A DNA stretch of 64,000 bases from Auanema rhodensis (lineage: Eukaryota; Animalia; Nematoda), in contig CAXKVF010000074.1 in assembly GCA_964057225.1 (NCBI GenBank), positions 744,001-808,000 on the forward strand, in the 5' to 3' direction. How positions within the stretch are numbered: position 1 is the stretch's first letter; each line of letters starts with the position of its first letter. Below are positions 56,001 to 64,000 of the stretch, piece by piece. The position numbers and the translations under genes were made by a program. A model generated the notes under the pieces. It saw only the letters and a list, made by a program, of their open reading frames with translations, ran no database searches and was not told the origin of the DNA.

Positions 56001-59000
56001 AATTTACGTGAACTTTAATTTATGCTAATTAAATGTACACGTGATGTGCACTTGGTATGTAACTCGCTTCACGTGAAAGATGAAGAGATGCGGTTTTCAA
56101 AATTAGATTCCCCATGTCCATATTAGTCTAAAAACAAATTTTTATTGACATTGGTGCATGGTAACCATGACTTTGAAATTTACGTGAACTTTAATTTATG
56201 CTAATTAAATGTACACGTGATGTGCACTTGGTATGTAACTCGCTTCGCGTGAAAGATAAAGAGATGCGGTTTTCCAAATTAGATTCCCCATGTCCATATT
56301 AGTCTAAAAACAAATTTTTATTGATATTGGTGCATGGTAACCATGACTTTGAAATTTACGTGAACTTTAATTTATGCTAATTAAATGTACACGTGATGTG
56401 CACTTCGTATGTAACTCGCTTCACGTGAAAGATAAAGAGATGCGGTTTTCAAAATTAGATTCCCCATGTGCATATTAGTCTAAAAAAAATTTTTATTGAT
56501 ATTGGTGCATGGTAACCATGACTTTGAAATTTACGTGAACTTTAATTTATGCTAATTAAATGTACACGTGATGTGCACTTGGTATGTAACTCGCTTCACG
56601 TGAAAGATAAAGAGATGCGGTTTTCAAAATTAGATTCCCCATGTCCATGTTAGTCTAAAAACAAATTTTTATTGATATTGGTTCATGGTAACCATGACTT
56701 TGAAATTTACGTGAACTTTAATTTATGCTAATTAAATGTACACGTGATGTGCACTTGGTATGTAACTCGCTTCACGTGAAAGATGAAGAGATGCGGTTTT
56801 CAAAATTAGATTCCCCATGTCCATATTAGTCTAAAAACAAATTTTTATTGACATTAGTGCATGGTAACCATGACTTTGAAATTTACGTGAACTTTAATTT
56901 ATGCTAATTAAATGTACACGTGATGTGCACTTGGTATGTAACTCGCTTCGCGTGAAAGATAAAGAGATGCGGTTTTCCAAATTAGATTCCCCATGTCCAT
57001 ATTAGTCTAAAAACAAATTTTTATTGATATTGGTGCATGGTAACCATGACTTTGAAATTTACGTGAACTTTAATTTATGCTAATTAAATGTACACGTGAT
57101 GTGCACTTGGTATGTAACTCGCTTCACGTGAAAGATAAGGAGATGCGGTTTTCAAAATTAGATTCCCCATGTCCATATTAGTCTAAAAACAAATTTTTAT
57201 TGATATTGGTGCATGGTAACCATGACTTTGAAATTTACGTGAACTTTAATTTATGCTAATTAAATGTACACGTGATGTGCACTTGGTATGTAACTCGCTT
57301 CACGTGAAAGATAAAGAGATGCGGTTTTCAAAATTAGATTCCCCATGTCCATATTAGTCTAAAAACAAATTTTCATTGATATTGGTTCATGGTAACCATG
57401 ACTTTGAAATTTACGTGAACTTTAATTTATGCTAATTAAATGTACACGTGATGTGCACTTGGTATGTAACTCGCTTCACGTGAAAGATAAAGAGATGCGG
57501 TTTTCAAAATTAGATTCCCCATGTCCATATTAGTCTAAAAACAAATTTTTATTGATATTGGTTCATGGTAACCATGACTTTGAAATTTACGTGAACTTTA
57601 ATTTATGCTAATTAAATGTACACGTGATGTGCACTTGGTATGTAACTCACTTCACGTGAAAGATAAAGAGATGCGGTTTTCAAAATTAGATTCCCCATGT
57701 CCATATTAGTCTAAAAACAAATTTTTATTGATATTGGTGCATGGTAACCATGACTTTGAAAGTTACGTGAACTTTAATTTATGCTAATTAAATGTACACG
57801 TGATGTGCACTTGGTATGTAACTCGCTTCACGTGAAAGATAAAGAGATGCGGTTTTCAAAATTAGATTCCCCATGTCCATATTAGTCTAAAAACAAATTT
57901 TTATTGATATTGGTTCATGGTAACCATGACTTTGAAATTTACGTGAACTTTAATTTATGCTAATTAAATGTACACGTGATGTGCACTTGGTATGTAACTC
58001 GCTTCACGTGAAAGATGAAGAGATGCGGTTTTCAAAATTAGATTCCCCATGTCCATATTAGTCTAAAAACAAATTTTTATTGACATTGGTGCATGGTAAC
58101 CATGACTTTGAAATTTACGTGAACTTTAATTTATGCTAATTAAATGTACACGTGATGTGCACTTGGTATGTAACTCGCTTCGCGTGAAAGATAAAGAGAT
58201 GCGGTTTTCCAAATTAGATTCCCCATGTCCATATTAGTCTAAAAACAAATTTTTATTGATATTGGTGCATGGTAACCATGACTTTGAAATTTACGTGAAC
58301 TTTAATTTATGCTAATTAAATGTACACGTGATGTGCACTTCGTATGTAACTCGCTTCACGTGAAAGATAAAGAGATGCGGTTTTCAAAATTAGATTCCCC
58401 ATGTGCATATTAGTCTAAAAACAAATTTTTATTGATATTGGTGCATGGTAACCATGACTTTGAAATTTACGTGAACTTTAATTTATGCTAATTAAATGTA
58501 CACGTGATGTGCACTTGGTATGTAACTCGCTTCACGTGAAAGATAAGGAGATGCGGTTTTCAAAATTAGATTCCCCATGTCCATATTAGTCTAAAAACAA
58601 ATTTTTATTGATATTGGTGCATGGTAACCATGACTTTGAAATTTACGTGAACTTTAATTTATGCTAATTAAATGTACACGTGATGTGCACTTGGTATGTA
58701 ACTCGCTTCACGTGAAAGATAAAGAGATGCGGTTTTCAAAATTAGATTCCCCATGTCCATATTAGTCTAAAAACAAATTTTTCTTGATATTGGTTCATGG
58801 TAACCATGACTTTGAAATTTACGTGAACTTTAATTTATGCTAATTAAATGTACACGTGATGTGCACTTGGTATGTAACTCGCTTCACGTGAAAGATGAAG
58901 AGATGCGGTTTTCAAAATTAGATTCCCCATGTCCATATTAGTCTAAAAACAAATTTTTATTGACATTGGTGCATGGTAACCATGACTTTGAAATTTACGT

Positions 59001-59839
59001 GAACTTTAATTTATGCTAATTAAATGTACACGTGATGTGCACTTGGTATGTAACTCGCTTCACGTGAAAGATAAAGAGATGCGGTTTTCAAAATTAGATT
59101 CCCCATGTCCATATTAGTCTAAAAACAAATTTTTATTGATATTGGTTCATGGTAACCATGACGTTGAAAGTTACGTGAACTTTAATTTATGCTAATTAAA
59201 TGTACACGTGATGTGCACTTGGTATGTAACTCGCTTCACGTGAAAGATAAAGAGATGCGGTTTTCAAAATTAGATTCCCCATGTCCATATTAGTCTAAAA
59301 ACAAATTTTTATTGATATTGGTTCATGGTAACCATGACTTTGAAATTTACGTGAACTTTAATTTATGCTAATTAAATGTACACGTGATGTGCACTTGGTA
59401 TGTAACTCGCTTCACGTGAAAGATGAAGAGATGCGGTTTTCAAAATTAGATTCCCCATGTCCATATTAGTCTAAAAACAAATTTTTATCGACATTGGTGC
59501 ATGGTAACCATGACTTTGAAATTTACGTGAACTTTAATTTATGCTAATTAAATGTACACGTGATGTGCACTTGGTATGTAACTCGCTTCGCGTGAAAGAT
59601 AAAGAGATGCGGTTTTCCAAATTAGATTCCCCATGTCCATATTAGTCTAAAAACAAATTTTTATTGATATTGGTGCATGGTAACCATGACTTTGAAATTT
59701 ACGTGAACTTTAATTTATGCTAATTAAATGTACACGTGATGTGCACTTCGTATGTAACTCGCTTCACGTGAAAGATAAAGAGATGCGGTTTTCAAAATTA
59801 GATTCCCCATGTGCATATTAGTCTAAAAACAAATTTTTA

Positions 59840-62655
59840 TTGATATTGGTGCATGGTAACCATGACTTTGAAATTTACGTGAACTTTAATTTATGCTAAT
59901 TAAATGTACACGTGATGTGCACTTGGTATGTAACTCGCTTCACGTGAAAGATAAGGAGATGCGGTTTTCAAAATTAGATTCCCCATGTCCATATTAGTCT
60001 AAAAACAAATTTTTATTGATATTGGTGCATGGTAACCATGACTTTGAAATTTACGTGAACTTTAATTTATGCTAATTAAATGTACACGTGATGTGCACTT
60101 GGTATGTAACTCGCTTCACGTGAAAGATAAAGAGATGCGGTTTTCAAAATTAGATTCCCCATGTCCATGTTAGTCTAAAAACAAATTTTTATTGATATTG
60201 GTTCATGGTAACCATGACTTTGAAATTTACGTGAACTTTAATTTATGCTAATTAAATGTACACGTGATGTGCACTTGGTATGTAACTCGCTTCACGTGAA
60301 AGATGAAGAGATGCGGTTTTCAAAATTAGATTCCCCATGTCCATATTAGTCTAAAAACAAATTTTTATTGACATTGGTGCATGGTAACCATGACTTTGAA
60401 ATTTACGTGAACTTTAATTTATGCTAATTAAATGTACACGTGATGTGCACTTGGTATGTAACTCGCTTCGCGTGAAAGATAAAGAGATGCGGTTTTCCAA
60501 ATTAGATTCCCCATGTCCATATTAGTCTAAAAACAAATTTTTATTGATATTGGTGCATGGTAACCATGACTTTGAAATTTACGTGAACTTTAATTTATGC
60601 TAATTAAATGTACACGTGATGTGCACTTGGTATGTAACTCCCTTCACGTGAAAGATAAGGAGATGCGGTTTTCAAAATTAGATTCCCCATGTCCATATTA
60701 GTCTAAAAACAAATTTTTATTGATATTGGTGCATGGTAACCATGACTTTGAAATTTACGTGAACTTTAATTTATGCTAATTAAATGTACACGTGATGTGC
60801 ACTTCGTATGTAACTCGCTTCACGTGAAAGATAAAGAGATGCGGTTTTCAAAATTAGATTCCCCATGTGCATATTAGTCTAAAAACAAATTTTTATTGAT
60901 ATTGGTGCATGGTAACCATGACTTTGAAATTTACGTGAACTTTAATTTATGCTAATTAAATGTACACGTGATGTGCACTTGGTATGTAACTCGCTTCAAG
61001 TGAAAGATAAGGAGATGCGGTTTTCAAAATTAGATTCCCCATGTCCATATTAGTCTAAAAACAAATTTTTATTGATATTGGTGCATGGTAACCATGACTT
61101 TGAAATTTACGTGAACTTTAATTTATGCTAATTAAATGTACACGTGATGTGCACTTGGTATGTAACTCGCTTCACGTGAAAGATAAAGAGATGCGGTTTT
61201 CAAAATTAGATTCCCCATGTCCATATTAGTCTAAAAACAAATTGTTATTGATATTGGTTCATGGTAACCATGACTTTGAAATTTACGTGAACTTTAATTT
61301 ATGCTAATTAAATGTACACGTGATGTGCACTTGGTATGTAACTCGCTTCACGTGAAAGATAAGGAGATGCGGTTTTCAAAATTAGATTCCCCATGTCCAT
61401 ATTAGTCTAAAAACAAATTTTTATTGATATTGGTGCATGGTAACCATGACTTTGAAATTTACGTGAACTTTAATTTATGCTAATTAAATGTACACGTGAT
61501 GTGCACTTGGTATGTAACTCGCTTCACGTGAAAGATAAAGAGATGCGGTTTTCAAAATTAGATTCCCCATGTCCATGTTAGTCTAAAAACAAATTTTTAT
61601 TGATATTGGTTCATGGTAACCATGACTTTGAAATTTACGTGAACTTTAATTTATGCTAATTAAATGTACACGTGATGTGCACTTGGTATGTAACTCGCTT
61701 CACGTGAAAGATGAAGAGATGCGGTTTTCAAAATTAGATTCCCCATGTCCATATTAGTCTAAAAACAAATTTTTATTGACATTGGTGCATGGTAACCATG
61801 ACTTTGAAATTTACGTGAACTTTAATTTATGCTAATTAAATGTACACGTGATGTGCACTTGGTATGTAACTCGCTTCGCGTGAAAGATAAAGAGATGCGG
61901 TTTTCCAAATTAGATTCCCCATGTCCATATTAGTCTAAAAACAAATTTTTATTGATATTGGTGCATGGTAACCATGACTTTGAAATTTACGTGAACTTTA
62001 ATTTATGCTAATTAAATGTACACGTGATGTGCACTTGGTATGTAACTCCCTTCACGTGAAAGATAAGGAGATGCGGTTTTCAAAATTAGATTCCCCATGT
62101 CCATATTAGTCTAAAAACAAATTTTTATTGATATTGGTGCATGGTAACCATGACTTTGAAATTTACGTGAACTTTAATTTATGCTAATTAAATGTACACG
62201 TGATGTGCACTTCGTATGTAACTCGCTTCACGTGAAAGATAAAGAGATGCGGTTTTCAAAATTAGATTCCCCATGTGCATATTAGTCTAAAAACAAATTT
62301 TTATTGATATTGGTGCATGGTAACCATGACTTTGAAATTTACGTGAACTTTAATTTATGCTAATTAAATGTACACGTGATGTGCACTTGGTATGTAACTC
62401 GCTTCAAGTGAAAGATAAGGAGATGCGGTTTTCAAAATTAGATTCCCCATGTCCATATTAGTCTAAAAACAAATTTTTATTGATATTGGTGCATGGTAAC
62501 CATGACTTTGAAATTTACGTGAACTTTAATTTATGCTAATTAAATGTACACGTGATGTGCACTTGGTATGTAACTCGCTTCACGTGAAAGATAAAGAGAT
62601 GCGGTTTTCAAAATTAGATTCCCCATGTCCATATTAGTCTAAAAACAAATTGTTA
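59840..62655 (+). repeat. Tandem 8-monomer higher-order repeat (2 x 1408 bp)
   Basis: Private variants G98C (60641, 62049), C104A (60999, 62407) and T173G each recur exactly 1408 bp apart. Confidence 0.9.
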
Positions 62656-64000
62656 TTGATATTGGTTCATGGTAACCATGACTTTGAAATTTACGTGAAC
62701 TTTAATTTATGCTAATTAAATGTACACGTGATGTGCACTTGGTATGTAACTCGCTTCACGTGAAAGATGAAGAGATGCGGTTTTCAAAATTAGATTTCCC
62801 ATGTCCATATTAGTCTAAAAACAAATTTTTATTGACATTGGTGCATGGTAACCATGACTTTGAAATTTACGTGAACTTTAATTTATGCTAATTAAATGTA
62901 CACGTGATGTGCACTTGGTATGTAACTCGCTTCACGTGAAAGATAAAGAGATGCGGTTTTCAAAATTAGATTCCCCATGTCCATATTAGTCTAAAAACAA
63001 ATTTTTATTGATATTGGTTCATGGTAACCATGACTTTGAAATTTACGTGAACTTTAATTTATGCTAATTAAATGTACACGTGATGTGCACTTGGTATGTA
63101 ACTTGCTTCACGTGAAAGATGAAGAGATGCAGTTTTCAAAATTAGATTCCCCATGTCCATATTAGTCTAAAAACAAATTTTTATTGACATTGGTGCATGG
63201 TAACCATGACTTTGAAATTTACGTGAACTTTAATTTATGCTAATTAAATGTACACGTGATGTGCACTTGGTATGTAACTCGCTTCGCGTGAAAGATAAAG
63301 AGATGCGGTTTTCCAAATTAGATTCCCCATGTCCATATTAGTCTAAAAACAAATTTTTATTGATATTGGTGCATGGTAACCATGACTTTGAAATTTACGT
63401 GAACTTTAATTTATGCTAATTAAATGTACACGTGATGTGCACTTCGTATGTAACTCGCTTCACGTGAAAGATAAAGAGATGCGGTTTTCAAAATTAGATT
63501 CCCCATGTGCATATTAGTCTAAAAACAAATTTTTATTGATATTGGTGCATGGTAACCATGACTTTGAAATTTACGTGAACTTTAATTTATGCTAATTAAA
63601 TGTACACGTGATGTGCACTTGGTATGTAACTCGCTTCACGTGAAAGATAAGGAGATGCGGTTTTCAAAATTAGATTCCCCATGTCCATATTAGTCTAAAA
63701 ACAAGTTTTTATTGATATTGGTGCATGGTAACCATGACTTTGAAATTTACGTGAACTTTAATTTATGCTAATTAAATGTACACGTGATGTGCACTTGGTA
63801 TGTAACTCGCTTCACGTGAAAGATAAAGAGATGCGGTTTTCAAAATTAGATTCCCCATATCCATATTAGTCTAAAAACAAATTTTTATTGATATTGGTTC
63901 ATGGTAACCATGACTTTGAAATTTACGTGAACTTTAATTTATGCTAATTAAATGTACACGTGATGTGCACTTGGTATGTAACTCGCTTCACGTGAAAGAT

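Larger units (their letters stand above)
1..64000. repeat. Satellite DNA: tandem array of a 176-bp monomer, about 363.6 copies, highly homogeneous; candidate centromeric/pericentromeric satellite
   Basis: TTGATATTGG recurs at 1, 177, 353 and so on. Every 2640 bp (15 x 176) the printed line restarts identically (2641, 5281 ... 55441), then is shifted by 1 nt (58081, 60721, 63361). No unique sequence or orientation switch seen. Hand count of GC is 57/176. Centromeric role is inferred from monomer length and homogeneity only. Confidence 0.99.

Noticed and set aside
1-64000. CRISPR array, integron cassette array or other prokaryotic repeat system
   Set aside because: There are no unique spacers or cassettes; the entire 176 bp is repeated and no cas or integrase genes are present.
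1-64000. Tandem 5S rRNA, tRNA, snRNA or spliced-leader gene array; telomeric repeat
   Set aside because: No recognisable RNA gene sequence, Pol III A/B/C boxes or telomeric motifs in the monomer.
1-64000. G/T pattern at position 12 as an information-bearing code
   Set aside because: The pattern is adequately explained by block duplications traced with linked SNPs; nothing supports a readout mechanism.

Overview
The whole 64 kb window is one uninterrupted, head-to-tail tandem array of a 176-bp AT-rich monomer (about 32% GC, about 363.6 copies, all in one orientation, running off both edges). This is a eukaryotic-type satellite DNA, plausibly centromeric or pericentromeric given its nucleosome-like length. 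I could not assign it to a named family or organism. Consensus: TTGATATTGGT[G/T]CATGGTAACCATGACTTTGAAATTTACGTGAACTTTAATTTATGCTAATTAAATGTACACGTGATGTGCACTTGGTATGTAACTCGCTTCACGTGAAAGATAAAGAGATGCGGTTTTCAAAATTAGATTCCCCATGTCCATATTAGTCTAAAAACAAATTTTTA. Monomers differ from consensus by about 0-4 substitutions, and only one length change is visible (a 1-bp deletion near 56487). There are no genes, RNA genes, transposon insertions or CRISPR spacers; the two 60-aa ORFs arise from point mutations in a stop codon of the repeat. The structure of interest lies at two levels. Inside the monomer, three ACGTGA (E-box/G-box) cores are spaced 33 and 32 bp apart, alongside several dyads. Between monomers, shared SNPs reveal nested block duplications from 5 monomers up to offsets of about 100-137 monomers, plus a distinct variant domain after about 55.8 kb. 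I found no evidence for a novel gene-encoded system. Variant names such as C150G use positions in the consensus; monomer n starts at 1+176(n-1) up to n=321, then at 176(n-1).
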